DNA of 62,402 bases, filler included, from Pirum gemmata (taxonomy: Eukaryota), in assembly GCA_002812295.1 (NCBI GenBank). It is 15 parts of 15 records of this genome, joined end to end, with 100 filler letters (N's around TTAATTAATTAA, not from the genome) between each part and the next. Parts side by side here need not be neighbours in the genome. Positions count along the whole stretch, not along the records: positions 1 to 3,932 come from PDIN01001683.1; positions 4,033 to 7,977 come from PDIN01001684.1; positions 8,078 to 12,019 come from PDIN01001685.1; positions 12,120 to 16,096 come from PDIN01001686.1; 11 more parts are not named here. One strand, written 5' to 3'. The position numbers were made by a program, and so were the translations under genes. The notes beneath the pieces were generated by a model. That model did not search any database. It worked only from the letters and a program-made list of their open reading frames with translations, and had not been told where the DNA came from. This document shows, in pieces, positions 1 to 12,523 of this stretch (the first letter of the stretch is position 1; each line of letters opens with the position of its first letter).

Positions 1-269
1 ATTCTTATTCTTATTCTTATTGTTGTTGTTGTTGTTGTTGTTGTTGAACCCTAACCCTAACCCTAACCCTGCAGATCCAATCCGAGTGGTCTCTATACAT
101 ATGCATATGGAACCGATAATAGAAACGAAAGTGACTTTTCTATTCTTATCAAATCATGAAATAAATGAATTAATTGCTTTTGCTTTTTCCTTTTTGCTGT
201 TTAAAAGTTTTGTATTGTGTTGTGTTTTATTGTATTATTATTGAATCTTGCTTTTTTTAAAAAAAAAAC

Positions 270-535
270 CCCCTAATCCAAACCTAAACCCAAACCTAAA
301 TTAACTCTTAACTCCAACTCTAACTACCTCTTTAACTAACTCTAAACTCTTTAACTCTTAACTTTGACGACTCTAAATCTAACCCCAACTCTAACCTCAA
401 CTCTTAACCCTAACCCTAACCCTAACTTTAACCCTAACTTTAACCCTAACTCTCACCCTAACTCTAACCCTAACTCTCACCCTAACTCTAACCCTAACTC
501 TCACCCTAACTCTAACCCTAACTCTCACCCTAACT
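270..535. repeat. Degenerate telomere-like array (CCCTAA/CTCTAA/CTCTCA variants)
   Basis: Hexamer tandem repeats seen directly. Confidence 0.85.
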
Positions 536-908
536 GTACCAAAATATTGTTATAGTTAAACTATCAAACATTTTATAATTAATTTGTTATTTTATACTTA
601 ATGTTGTATTTTATAAACAAGTTCAATTATACACTTAAACAATACCAAATCAAAGATTGAGAGGACAACTGTAATGAATTAGACGATAGTTTACCGGTCT
701 CTAGTTATCATACTAGGTCCCTTGTCGTCTAACTAGCTGTTGTCCAGTTCAAAAACTGAAATAAACGTACCAAAAACTATCTGACATGTTTTAATCAATT
801 ATTTTATATTTAATGTTGTATTTTATAAACAAGTTCAGTTGTACACTTCAACAGTACCAAATTAAAGATTGAGAGGACAACTGTAATGAAATACCGTGGT
901 AGGCGATA
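536..908. mobile_element. Two partial copies of MITE family B (536-689 and 740-908)
   Basis: Share the core GTACCAAA...GATTGAGAGGACAACTGTAATGAA with the full copy at 7511-7710. Confidence 0.7.
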
Positions 909-1545
909 GTCTATCATAGCTAGCTATCATAACTAGGGGAAATGTTATCTGGTATGGTCATTGACATCATCCATCAAATAGTAAAAAAACAATGACGTTT
1001 TTTCTAAAATACATGACATCATTTATGACGTATAAATGACGTATAAATAACTTAAAGCTAGCTACTAGCTAGTAGCTATGAATAGAGTATCAGTACTCTA
1101 TGAATCCTATGATATAGCTAAAAATTTATTATGAATTTGGATAAAATAAAATACAGTTAAAATACGTGAAAAAAATAGACAAAAAATATTTAATATTGAT
1201 GACTATTCAGAAAATATATTATTAAATACTGTAGAAGTTGTAGAAGCTATCATAAACTAGCTATCGATGATATCTGATACTGGTATGACATATCATAATA
1301 AAAGTATCATGGTCTACTGTACTGGACCTGGTAGGCCACAAAACCGCTAAAAAAAAATATGATAGAAAAAGCCAGAATATTATTATGCAGCTGATCTGAG
1401 TGCAGGACTGATCATATGAGCCCAAAAAACCAAAAAATCTCAAAATACTCCAATTTTAAAACAAAAGTACTATCAAATTTTGAGAAATAGGAAATAGTCA
1501 AACTAAGAAAACTCTATTATAAACCGATGGCCAGTTTCTTGGCTG

Positions 1546-1646
1546 TCCGGTCAATTACAGCTTCAAATACCCTTACCTACCTACCCCTCGACATTAATTT
1601 CCGGTCAAATACCACCTACCCACCTACCCCTTGACGTGACATTTAT
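1546..1646. mobile_element. Partial copy of MITE family C (PIF/Harbinger-like)
   Basis: Internal duplicated motif GGTCAAAT...CCTACCTACCCCTTGACGT shared with copies at 4833, 6888, 8252, 17781. Confidence 0.65.
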
Positions 1647-2026
1647 TTATAAGATATTATTATAAAAATATACAAAGTATCATACAGATTCATACTATCG
1701 TCATACTACTAATAATCGATAAATAAGTAACCTAAGAATAAGTAACAGTTACTAATTTACTTTATCGATAAGTTGTAACTTGAAATAGACTACCCAGTAT
1801 TTAAAGTACCACTTTATTGTATTGTTTGTGTAACAAAAAGACTAAATACAATAAATTTATAAATTTACGATAAGAAACAGGTTATTTAGCTCTTTGGTCA
1901 TAACTTTTCAACATCTCCCCATTGAATTTCCCAGGTTCTACATCCAACAATATTCTTTTCTCCAAGTTTTAAGTTGGATTTATTTATTTGTTAACCTTAG
2001 TGTTCTTTGTTTTATTGTTTTTAAAT

Positions 2027-2181
2027 ATGGCAACAACACACAATTTGCAAGCCGAATATAACGGCCAACGACAGATCGAAGAGCCAAGCCCTATTTCAAA
2101 TTTGGAATCTTTATTTAAATCTGTAAGTTCCTGTGAAGGGATACCTTTTCATTTATCGCATAGGTAATAAAAAACGTCCTT

Positions 2182-2217
<36 letters not shown>

Positions 2218-3634
2218 TTTTTAGTGCTAACCCAATTACTAATCCTATAACCCTAACCCCAACTAACTGTAACCCTAACTAACCCTAACTCTAACTCTAA
2301 TTAACCCTAACCCTAACCCTCCCTTACTAAAACCCTAACCCTAACCCTCCCTAACTAAAACTTTAACCCTAACCCTAATCCAAACTCAAACTCAAACTCA
2401 CCAGTCATACTCTAACTCTAACTCTAACTCTAACTCTTAACTCTTAACTCTTAACTCGTAACTTGAACTCAAACTCAAACTCTAACTCTAACTCTAACTC
2501 TAACTCTAACTCTAACTCTAACTCTAACTCTAACTCTAACTCTAACTCTAACTCTAACTCTAACTCTNNNNNNNNNNNNNNNNNNNNNNNNNNNNNNNNN
2601 NNNNNNNNNNTTTTTTTTTTTTTTTTTTTTGAAATAGTAGTGCTAACCCAATTGCTAATCCTATTACCCTAATCCTATAACCTTAGCCCTAACTAGCTCT
2701 AACCCTAACTAACCCTAACCCTAAAACTGACCCTAGTTCAAACTCAAACTCAAACTCACCGGTCATACTCTAACTTTAACTCTAACTCTTACTCCATCTC
2801 TAATTCGTAACTCCTAACGTTATCTTGAACTCTAACTCTAACTCTTTAACTCTAACCCTAACTCTAACCCTAACTCTAACTCTAACTCTAACTCTAACTT
2901 TAACTTTAACTTTAACTTTAACTTTAACTCCAACTCTAACTCTAACTCTAACTCTAACTCTAACTCTAACTCTTAACTCTCTCTTTTTTTTAAAAAAAAA
3001 AATAGTAGTACTAACCCAGTTGCTAATCCTATAACCCTAATCCTATAACCCTAATCCTATAACCCTAACCCTAACTAACTCTAACCCTGACTAACCCTAA
3101 ACCTAAACCTAACCCTAGTTCAAACTCAAACTGAAACTCACCAGTCGTACTCTAACTCTAACTCTTACTCTAACTCTAACTGTTACCCTATCTCTAACTC
3201 TTAACTCCTAACTTTATCTTGAACTCTAACTCTAACTCTAACTCTAACTCTAACTCTAACTCTAACTCTAACTCCAACTCTAACTCTGGCTCTAACTCTA
3301 ACTCTGGCTCTAACTCTAACTCTGGCTCTAACTCTAACTCTGGCTCTAACTTTGACGACCCTAAATCTAACCCTAACTCTATAACTATAATTCTAGCCCT
3401 AACTCTAATCCAACTCTGACTCTGACTCTAACCCTAACCCTAACTCTAACTCTAACACAGTAATAACCAGAACTTTCTCCATTCGAAATATTTAGGTACA
3501 ATGTTTTGCAAAGGGCGTTGTCCATGTTATCAGCTCAGAAAGATGCCTGTTTGAATGATCTTAGGAAAATCTCCGAACTTTATAGCTTAGCCGATGCTAA
3601 TCCTTCCGAATTTCAACGCAAATTCAATAATAAG
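2027..3634 (+). CDS. Putative partial two-exon gene, exon 2 resembling the conserved helical region of ZZZ3-like proteins
   Basis: Exon 1 2027-2163 (MATTHNLQ...PFHLSH, donor AG|GTAATA) joins in phase to exon 2 3496-3634 (acceptor TTTAG|G), giving RYNVLQRALSMLSAQKDACLNDLRKISELYSLADANPSEFQRKFNNK; similarity to ZZZ3 (YxxLxxxIxxLxAQ...DL...A..NP..F..K) is from memory only. Confidence 0.35.
2222..3455. repeat. Three tandem ~370-420 bp units built from CCCTAA/CTCTAA arrays, inside the predicted intron
   Basis: Anchor TAGTGCTAACCCAATT..CTAATCCTAT at ~2222, ~2638, ~3006 and CAAACTCACC.GTC.TACTCTAAC in each unit. Confidence 0.75.
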
Positions 3635-3932
3635 GTCTAATATTAATTTACTGGTATTTATAGTTGCTGCTGCTCGTTACTGTTTTTGATCATATTTTTG
3701 AACTTTATAACTTGCCTTACGCTTATCTTTCCGCATTTTAACAAAATTTAATAATTATTTTTTGTGTGTGCTATTCCAATTATGCTTTTTAAGTTTGACT
3801 TAAATGTATAACAACTCTGCCAAAGGCATTCTTATCAATTTACTTTTTCTGCTTGTTAGAACATACCATAAGTTTCCCATTTTCATCACCTATAAAAACA
3901 AATAGTAAATAATAATAATAATAATAATAATA

Positions 3933-4032
3933 NNNNNNNNNNNNNNNNNNNNNNNNNNNNNNNNNNNNNNNNNNNNTTAATTAATTAANNNNNNNNNNNN
4001 NNNNNNNNNNNNNNNNNNNNNNNNNNNNNNNN
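3933..4032. other. Artificial scaffold-joining linker (first of 14)
   Basis: N44-TTAATTAATTAA-N44 (stops in all six frames). Same linker at 7978-8077, 12020-12119, 16097-16196, 20132-20231, 24162-24261, 28209-28308, 32306-32405, 37363-37462, 41396-41495, 46250-46349, 50252-50351, 54277-54376, 58360-58459. Confidence 0.97.
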
Positions 4033-4319
4033 TTTCCTCTCTAACTCGATCAAAAATTAATTTTTTGAAAAAAAACGAAAAAAAGGAGATTCTATGATAC
4101 CACAATAAAATATAAACTCGAATTTTCAAACCTATGTATTTGTTAATAAACTTGAAAATTAATTTCGAACAGACCAAACAGACCAGAAATTCTGCTAGGC
4201 AGAAATAGAGCTTTTCGGGGCAGAAGGCAGAAGCAGAAAGTCGAGTTTTAGGGGCAGAATTCGGAGAAGTCTAATAAATGAAAAGCGCTATATATAGACT
4301 AGACACCTTTTTTTAAAAA

Positions 4320-4387
4320 AGCAAAATATTCAGTCCAGACTGAATATGGCTCTATGGCCATATTCAGTCTGGACTGAATATTTTGCT
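4320..4387. repeat. Perfect 31-bp inverted repeat with internally palindromic arms
   Basis: AGCAAAATATTCAGTCCAGACTGAATATGGC (4320-4350), 6-nt spacer, exact reverse complement at 4357-4387. Confidence 0.92.
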
Positions 4388-4832
4388 AAAAAGATATAGT
4401 GCTTTTCAGTTGTTTTGTCATCATAAAGTATACAATAAAGAGTACCAAATTAATACTATATAAATCCATTTAATTTAATTTGGTATATTTTATTATATAT
4501 TTATNNNNNNNNNNNNNNNNNNNNNNNNNNNNNNNNNNNNNNNNNNNNNNNNNNNNNNNNNNNNNNNNNNNNNNNNNNNNNNNNNNNNNNNNNNNNNNNN
4601 NNNNNNNNNNNNNNNNNNNNNNNNNNNNNNNNNNNNNNNNNNNNNNNNNNNNNNNNNNNTAATATTTAAATTGACATTTTTAAATCAATAAATAGATAAT
4701 AAAATATACCTAATTAAATTAAATGGATTTATATTGTATTAATTTGGTACTATTTATTGTGTATTTTATGATGACAAAACAACTGAAAAGCACAGAATAT
4801 ATATGATACAATTTCTCATACATTGTAGTTTA

Positions 4833-4964
4833 TGAGCGCCCAAATACTACGTAACGCCAATTTCTGGTCAAATACAGCTTCAAATACTCCTATCTACCTA
4901 CCCCTTGACGTTACTTTCCGGTCAAATGCCACCTGCCTACCTACCCCTTGACGTGACGTATTAT
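4833..4964. mobile_element. MITE family C copy
   Basis: Decayed TIR GAGCGCCCAAATACTACGTAACG and internal CCTACCTACCCCTTGACGT duplication. Confidence 0.65.
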
Positions 4965-5489
4965 AGACACCTTTCTCCCACGATCATATAGGTCTTACTT
5001 AGACTATAGAGGCTCAGACTTGCAGTAGAGTCTATCATAACTGGTTTATTCAGTACTTATATAATATTATCATACCTAGCTAGCTAACCATTACTGGTAT
5101 ATTCCTATGCATACTTACATTCTACTTATCCGATAGTAGTGTGCTTATAATATAAAAATACTGTTATCATAATTAAAAACGAATGGGCTGGGTGTAAAAT
5201 ATTCTATATATAGACACCTTTCTCCCACGCTGAGTGAAGGAGATAATTTATGTAATAAATAGAGCTTATGACTATATATAGATAATAGGTATATATATAT
5301 GTATATATAATATCATATAGCTATTAAGTATCATATAGCCTACCTGGTTTCTACTCTAGCTAGGCTTCGATCTGTCTTGTGTGCCCAGCGAGCTTGTGTT
5401 CATTATGTTAGACGTCCATAGGCCGGCCTACTAGTAGTCTACTCTAGTAGCTATCTGCCCAGCGAGCTTGTGTTCAGTAGACGTCCAAT

Positions 5490-5664
5490 AGGGTTAGGGT
5501 TAGGGTTAGGAGGGTTGTTAGGGTTAGGAGGGTTAGGGTTAGGGTTAGGGTTAGGGTTAGGGTTCGGGCTAGGGTTAGGACTACAGTAGTCACTGACGGG
5601 TTAGGGTTAGGAGGGTTAAGGGTTAGGGTTAAGGGTTAAGGTTAGGGTTAGCGTTAGGGTTAGG
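5490..5664. repeat. Interstitial (TTAGGG)n array, degenerate
   Basis: Seen directly; flanked by non-telomeric sequence on both sides. Confidence 0.9.
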
Positions 5665-5743
5665 TAAGTAGTCACTGACGTTACTGACGTAGTAGAGTTT
5701 CAGCTACTAGATAGCTAGAGAATAAATAGCTAGAGTAGATAGA

Positions 5744-5920
5744 CTATCGTGTTTTTCAATAATGGTTTTGTCCAATTCAAAAACTGAAATAAACGTACCA
5801 AATTATTAACTATTAGACATTTTTTAATTAATTTGGTATTTTATACTTAATGTTGTATTTTATAAAAAAGTTCAAAAATACACTTAAAAAGTGCCAAATT
5901 AAAGATTGAGAGGACAACTA
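5744..5920. mobile_element. MITE family B copy, right end truncated
   Basis: Starts CTATCGTGTTTTTCAAT; colinear with 7511-7710. Confidence 0.7.
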
Positions 5921-5965
5921 ATCATGATACTATGATACTACTACTATATGATAGACTATATATGA

Positions 5966-6164
5966 TATAGCGCTTTTCATTTATTTTCTCACTCCGAATT
6001 ATTTATTTGGTTGGTTATAATATTTTAAATGACATTGTTAAATGAATAAATAGATAATAAAATATACCAAATTAAATAAAATGGATTTATATTGTATTAA
6101 TTTGGTACTATTTATTGTATAATTTTATGATAACAATTATTGCAAAACAACTGAAAAGCACGAT
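5966..6164. mobile_element. MITE family A, full-length copy
   Basis: TIRs TATAGCGCTTTTCA ... TGAAAAGCACGAT; >12 full or partial copies in the window. Confidence 0.8.
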
Positions 6165-6814
6165 CTAGACTAGTTAGTCATTTATTTTTTCACTCAGTTG
6201 GATTTTATTTGGTGGTTTTAAACTGACATTTTTAATTTTAAAAATGACCAAATAAAAATAAAATATACCAAATTAGACGAAATGTATTGAAATTGTATTA
6301 ATAAAGAATACCAAATTAATATTTTTTGATGACAAATTTAAAACAACTGAAAGGCAGTGAAAAACACTATGATACTACAGCTGCTACAGTAGGGTTAGGG
6401 TTAGGGTTAGGGTTAGGGTTAGGGTTAGGGTTAGGGTTAGGGTTAGGGTTAGGGTTAGATAAAATACCAAATCAATACAATATAAATCCATTTAATTTAA
6501 TTTGTATGTTTTATTATCTATGTATTGATTTAAAAAATGTCAATTTAAAGATTATAACCCTCCAAATAAATAGTTAGAGTGGCAAAATAAATGAAAAGCA
6601 CGATAGACTACTACTGCTAGGACTAGTAGTCTAGCTAGACCTATCACTTCTGATATCAATACTTAGTTAGGCTATTAGACTATGTGATTCACCTAGCTAG
6701 CTAGAGTGTGATATATTATGATTGGTAGCAAAACTGTAGAAATATAAGAAATCATAATCCTACTAGTCTACTACTACTAGCTACTAGCTATCGATAGTGT
6801 CGTGCTATCGTAGT

Positions 6815-7010
6815 AGGGTTAGGGTTAGGTTTAAGGTTAGGGTTAGGGTTAGGGTTAGGGTTAGGGTTAGGGTTAGGGTTAGGGTTAGGGAGCATTCAAA
6901 TAATACGTCACGTCCAGGGGTAGGTAGGTAGGTGGTATTTGACCGGGAATTAACGTCGAGAGGTAGGTAGGTAGGGGGGTATTAAAATTTTGAAGCTGCA
7001 TTTGACCAGA
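6815..7010. mobile_element. (TTAGGG)n array abutting a MITE family C terminus
   Basis: Array ends TTA|GGGAGCATTCAAATAATACGTCAC at 6888; TTA is a typical PIF/Harbinger target. Confidence 0.7.
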
Positions 7011-7510
7011 AGAAATAGAAAAAAAAAATAAAAAAAAAAAAATAAGAGAGTTTTCTGAGTCCAAGAACAAACAGTACGAACGAGTAACCAATTAAAAAGT
7101 AAGTGAAAACAAAATTGCACTTCAAATCCGCCGAATAGACTACGTTTATTCTCGTTGTTATTCCTGACAGCTCAGCCTGACAGTTATTCTAAGCAAATTG
7201 TTTTCTCATTGTTTTCTGATCTAATCAACCTATCAACCGATCGGAAAAGGCAATCAAAATTATCAATAGGTCAAAAATAGCGAATAAGTGGATAGTACGT
7301 ATAAATCCATATTTGTATCATACTCTAAATTTAGAAGTTAAAGTACCGTAGCCCGCGTGGTATAGTGAGTGCGTAGGTCTGTAGTGCACCCTCCTATTAG
7401 TCATTGATCTAGATGGGGGTTTAGTCCACCTAGTTAGCCTGTAGAGACAACCAGAAACACCAGAAACTACCCTGAGAAACTACCATATTTTACTGCATAG
7501 ACTATTAGCG

Positions 7511-7710
7511 ATCGTGTTTTTCAATAGTGTTGTCCAGTTCAAAAACTGAAATAAACTTACCAAATTATTATTATGGTTAAACTATCGGGCATGTTTTGAT
7601 TAATTTGGTATTTTATATATAATTTTACATTTTATAAAACAGCTCAATTATACACTTAAAAAGTACCAAATTAAAGATTGAGAAGACAACTGTAATGAAA
7701 TAGACGATAG
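7511..7710. mobile_element. MITE family B, full-length copy
   Basis: Imperfect TIRs ATCGTGTTTTTCA ... TGAAATAGACGAT; other copies at 536, 740, 5744, 10236, 22976-23400. Confidence 0.75.
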
Positions 7711-8251
7711 CTGCTAAGTAGTACTCTTAGGCCCTAACCCTAACCCTAACTAACCCTAACCCTAAACTGTACTACTATGGAGGTGGTTGTGTCTAAAAAA
7801 TATAGTTGTTAAAATATTTCCATATTAATTATTATATGTTCTAATTTTGGTAATTTTTGTATTATTTTGTTGCAAATAGTGTCGCTAGTTGCATTAGCTT
7901 GGTTATTTTGATAACGACACTGTCACGTGACTATAATGTGATTGACTTTTTTTTTCTTTTTTTTTTTTTTTTTCTTANNNNNNNNNNNNNNNNNNNNNNN
8001 NNNNNNNNNNNNNNNNNNNNNTTAATTAATTAANNNNNNNNNNNNNNNNNNNNNNNNNNNNNNNNNNNNNNNNNNNNAATAATAATAATAATAATAATAA
8101 TAATTTTAGTTAGAAATCGATTTGTGCAATTATGATTATTATAGTTTTTATTATTCAGGTTATAAATTATTTCTCGAATTATCAATATTTGAAATTTATT
8201 TCTTGTCGACTAGTTTGAAATTTGAATGTTCAGATTTCACGCATTCTGACC

Positions 8252-8379
8252 TAGTAACGCCAATTTCCGTTAAATGCAGCTTCAAATACCCCTATCTACC
8301 TACCCCTCGACGTTAATTTCTGGTCAAATACCACCTACTTACCTACCCCTTGACGTGACATATTATTTGAACGCTCCCC
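8252..8379. mobile_element. MITE family C copy
   Basis: Ends TATTATTTGAACGCTCCCC, reverse complement of the GGGAGCGTTCAAATAATA TIR. Confidence 0.7.
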
Positions 8380-8400
8380 TACCTTGCAAATGTAATAGAC

Positions 8401-8578
8401 TATGATGCAAACAATCAAAAAACGCCCAACTTTTTTTACTAGTTAAAGTCCCACTTATTTTTATATAATATGTTTGAATATTTCAAATCTATTTAATAAC
8501 TATTACATTTCTTATGTTCGAAAACTGAAATTATAGTGAAAACCGAAAGTTGGGCGTTTTTAGCTTGTTTGTACTATA
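8401..8578. mobile_element. MITE family F
   Basis: ~33-bp imperfect TIR TATGATGCAAACAATCAAAAAACGCCCAACTTT / AAAGTTGGGCGTTTTTAGCTTGTTTGTACTATA; inverted second copy at 10423-10600. Confidence 0.7.
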
Positions 8579-9094
8579 TGAGTTCATGACTAGCTGTGGA
8601 AAAACCCTAAGGTCTTAAAATGCTCCAATTTTAATAAAAGTACTACCAAAATATAAGAAACTTCTTAACTAATAAAAATCTATTTTGAACCAATGGCCAG
8701 TTTTTAAAATTAATTAGGGTCTTTTAAAGTTCATCAAAACATTGACCAATGGCAGCATTTAGATTATTGAATTGAAGATTGAAATCCAAATTATTCGAAT
8801 GTGGATGGCTGCCATTGGCTGGAAAGAATGAGGCCCGGCTCGTACTTTTTTCAACAGGTCAAGCCTCCTAGTAGCTAGTAGCTAGCTAGTCTAGCTGGAA
8901 TATAGGAAGGAGTCTAGCTAGAGGGTAGCGCATTTTGACTAGCGCATTTTGATCATGAGTATTTTTTATCATAAATAATTTTTTTATTTTTATTTTACTA
9001 TGATAATTATGATAAGCTGCCCATAAGCACTTCAAAAAAAAAAAGACCTTCATTTACCGTTTATGACATATAAAGGAACTGTTCTTTTTATGGT

Positions 9095-9273
9095 TAGGGT
9101 TACTAAGTTAGGGTTCTACTAAATACCGGTAGAGTTAGGGTTAGGATTAGGGTTAGGGTTTAATACTGGGTTTAATAGGGTTAGGGTTAGGGTTAGGGTT
9201 AGGGTTAGGGTTGGGGTTGGGGTTAGGGTTAGGGCTATTAGGGTTAGGGTTAGGGTTAGGGTTAAGGTTAGGG

Positions 9274-9304
<31 letters not shown>

Positions 9305-9367
9305 GGGTTAGGGTTAGGGTTAGGGTTAGGGGTATATATTAGGGTTAGGCTTAAAGTAGGGTTAGGA
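9095..9367. repeat. Interstitial (TTAGGG)n array, degenerate
   Basis: Seen directly. Confidence 0.9.
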
Positions 9368-9958
9368 TATTCTAATTTTCGGCCACATTAATATTATAAA
9401 ATTAATAAGTAAAGTTTTTAACTATATAACTATATAATTCATAACATGTATATTAAAATCAAAACTCATATTTATATTTTAATTAATTAATAAAAATTGA
9501 TATTAATTATAATTAATATAATAAAAATTCAATAAAATTCCTACATTGGGAAAGTAATATGCCCTGAATTATCAAATTATATAATATTATAATATTAATA
9601 ATATCATAGCGATTGTGGAAATATAGGGGTTAGTATTAATATTACTTAGTATTGCTGGTAAATATTTATATATATATTAATATATATATTGTGCTTTTCA
9701 TTTATTTTATCACTAAACCTAACCCTAACCCTAAACTTAATTAATATCATGCACCTTAAAAATAAGCTTGTGTGTGTATCATAACAAGTTTGCAAACCAC
9801 CACCACAAAAACCACTGAACAAATTTAAAAAATAAATAAAAAATTCCTAGACAAACTTCTCAGTATGTCATACTTAGCTAGCTAGCTAGAGTCGACCTAG
9901 AAATAAGGAACACGCCGCATTTTTATAACCGCAGAAATCCAAAAAAAAGGGCCTAACT

Positions 9959-10194
9959 AGTAGGGGTGAGGGGTGAGATATCTACTGGAACTTTTTTCGA
10001 ACAGATGCTTATCGAGCCAACCTTAGTTCCGTGTTTCTTACTAATAATAGCAGTAAAGTAGCTTAAAATAGTAAATCTAATTATAGTAGTTACCAAATAA
10101 AGTAATTAAATTAACATCAATNATAAACCGTAAAAATCGGAAAAGTTCTGGCAGCTGTTCGGTAATAATAAAATGACGTCATCTCACCCCTACT
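9959..10194. mobile_element. MITE family D with 8-bp TSD GCCTAACT
   Basis: Termini AGTAGGGGTGAG ... CTCACCCCTACT; GCCTAACT at 9951-9958 and 10195-10202. Confidence 0.88.
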
Positions 10195-10422
10195 GCCTAA
10201 CTTTACTCTTTAAAAAAAAAACTTTTATCTTGTTTTCCAGTTCAAAAACTGAAATAAACGGTACCTAATTATTATTATGGTTAAACTATCTGACACTATT
10301 TAATTAATTTGGTATTTAATACTTAATATTTTATTTTATAAATAAGTTCAATTATACACTTAAACAGTACCCAATTAAAGATTGAGAGGACAACTGTTTT
10401 TTAACAATAAAATATACGTAGG

Positions 10423-10600
10423 TATGGTGTAAATAATCTAAAAACGTCTGACTTTTTCGTTTCACCAGGATTTTCAGATTTCGAATATAAGTAATTTACT
10501 AGGTATTTAATAGGTTTGAAATTTTGAAATATATATTTATAAAAAAGTAGAACTTTAATTAGTAAAAAAAGTAGGGCGTTTTTAGAAGGTTGGCACCATA
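10423..10600. mobile_element. MITE family F, second copy (inverted)
   Basis: TATGGTGTAAATAATCTAAAAACG ... GGGCGTTTTTAGAAGGTTGGCACCATA; similar to 8401-8578. Confidence 0.6.
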
Positions 10601-12523
10601 TCAGTATCGTAGTCGTAGTTATCGTGCTTTTATGACGGCCTATAGACTACTAGACTATTTATTATATAATTGATGTATATAGTCAATACATCATTTATTT
10701 ATATATAAGATGTATCAGATAATAATAATTATTATTATATATATAAGTATTATTTATTATAGACTAATTATTATTATAAATTTTATAATATTATTATAAG
10801 CAAACGATCTCTTTTTTGTCGTTGCAGACTTAAAAATTTGTTTTTGCAGTTGAACTTGACAGTACACTGTAGTTGACTCTGAAAAGTCTATCTGAAAGGT
10901 TCTTTTCTGATTCTGAGGTTGGCAGTGATAGTATTGAACACCGCAGTTGACTCTGAAAAGTCTCTCTAAAAGGTTCTGATTCTGAAAGGTTGGCAGTGAT
11001 CGTGGCAGAGCGATGAACCGAAAAACCGAAAAAAAGGTTTTTATTTCTGAATTTAGTAGCAGGAAAGTTGGAAAAAGATTTATAAGATAGACTTCTTGAG
11101 ATGGACATACTTCTCAAAAAAGTTGTAGATTTTTTTTGGTGATAATAGTTTTTTACATTATTTTGTAGACTTTTCTTTATTTTAGAAAGCGGTAGAAGTG
11201 GTGAATTTAAAAAAGTGTGAAACTTTTTTAAAAGAGTAAGAGAAAGACTGCGTGAAAGATAAAAATAATTGAAAACCAGCATTATTCTCAAATATATTTA
11301 TTTTTTTCAACTACAACCAACAACCACTTTCAACAATCAATTGTAACAACCAACAACCAACAACCAACAACCAACAACCAACAACCAACAACCAACAACC
11401 AACAACCAACATCCAACACCACCCAACACATTATTATTATTATTATTATTATTATCAGCCGACAACCTACGATCAACAACTAATGCAACAATAACAAAAC
11501 CGACGTCAACAACTAAGCAACGACAACGTTATTAACAACAGCATATATAATATTATATAATAATTATATATAATTTTAATTATTGAAAACCAGTGTAAAT
11601 ACTCAAAAGCAACTATTGCCATCAACACCACCACCACTACCATTACTACTACCATCCATACTTCTTGATTACTAAAGCTAGGGTCTACTAGTACTAATAC
11701 TATTATGAATAATATACAGTATACAATTTTAAACACAATTACTTGTAAACATGAGCAACGCTAGTATATGTACAACTACTATTACTATTATAGCTACTAC
11801 CACTACCACTATGATTATATATATATACCATTAACAAAACCCTGTAAACATCACGAACAACTTCAAAGTTTTTTAAAAAAATTAAAAACAAAAAAAAAAA
11901 TTAAAAACAAATATTATTATTAAAGCTAAGAATTATATTATTATAATAATATCATAATATATATAATAATAAGGGTGGCATCAATATATTACTGCATCAA
12001 TATTTTTTTTTTTTTTTTTNNNNNNNNNNNNNNNNNNNNNNNNNNNNNNNNNNNNNNNNNNNNTTAATTAATTAANNNNNNNNNNNNNNNNNNNNNNNNN
12101 NNNNNNNNNNNNNNNNNNNTAATAATAATAATAATAATAATAATATAATTATGGTTAACTGTTTTCAAAAGACATTTCTTGTTACACTTGGTTTTGTGTT
12201 TTTCAATCCAACTTCTTTTTTCTTCTCGTTGTGTTTTGTATACTATTTTGTTAAAATTTTAAATTGTTATTGTTTTTTTTTTGTTTTCTAATCAAATATC
12301 CTCTCCCTCTCCCTCTCTCTCTCTTGTATGTTTGTGTTTCTTTCTTTCTTTCTTAATTTATTTCTTTATTTGTTTGTGTTTATTATTTGTTTATTTGTTT
12401 GTTATTTGTTATTAGTTGAATATTATTTGTTTATTTGTATATTTGTTAATTTTATTTGCTTATTTTCACCATGTACATATATGCACAATGATTTTGTATT
12501 ATTATTGTTGAAATTACTTATAG

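Noticed and set aside
20..3419. NP/LT/NS dipeptide ORFs and similar ORFs over microsatellites elsewhere
   Set aside because: Translations of telomere-like and trinucleotide repeats or N runs.
10830..11291. 153-aa ORF
   Set aside because: Non-ATG start, overlaps a ~73-bp tandem duplication, no recognisable motif or splice support.
12328..12523. Hydrophobic N-terminus of the 407-aa ORF as a membrane domain
   Set aside because: T-rich intron sequence before the acceptor at 12521-12523; same for 13296-13551.
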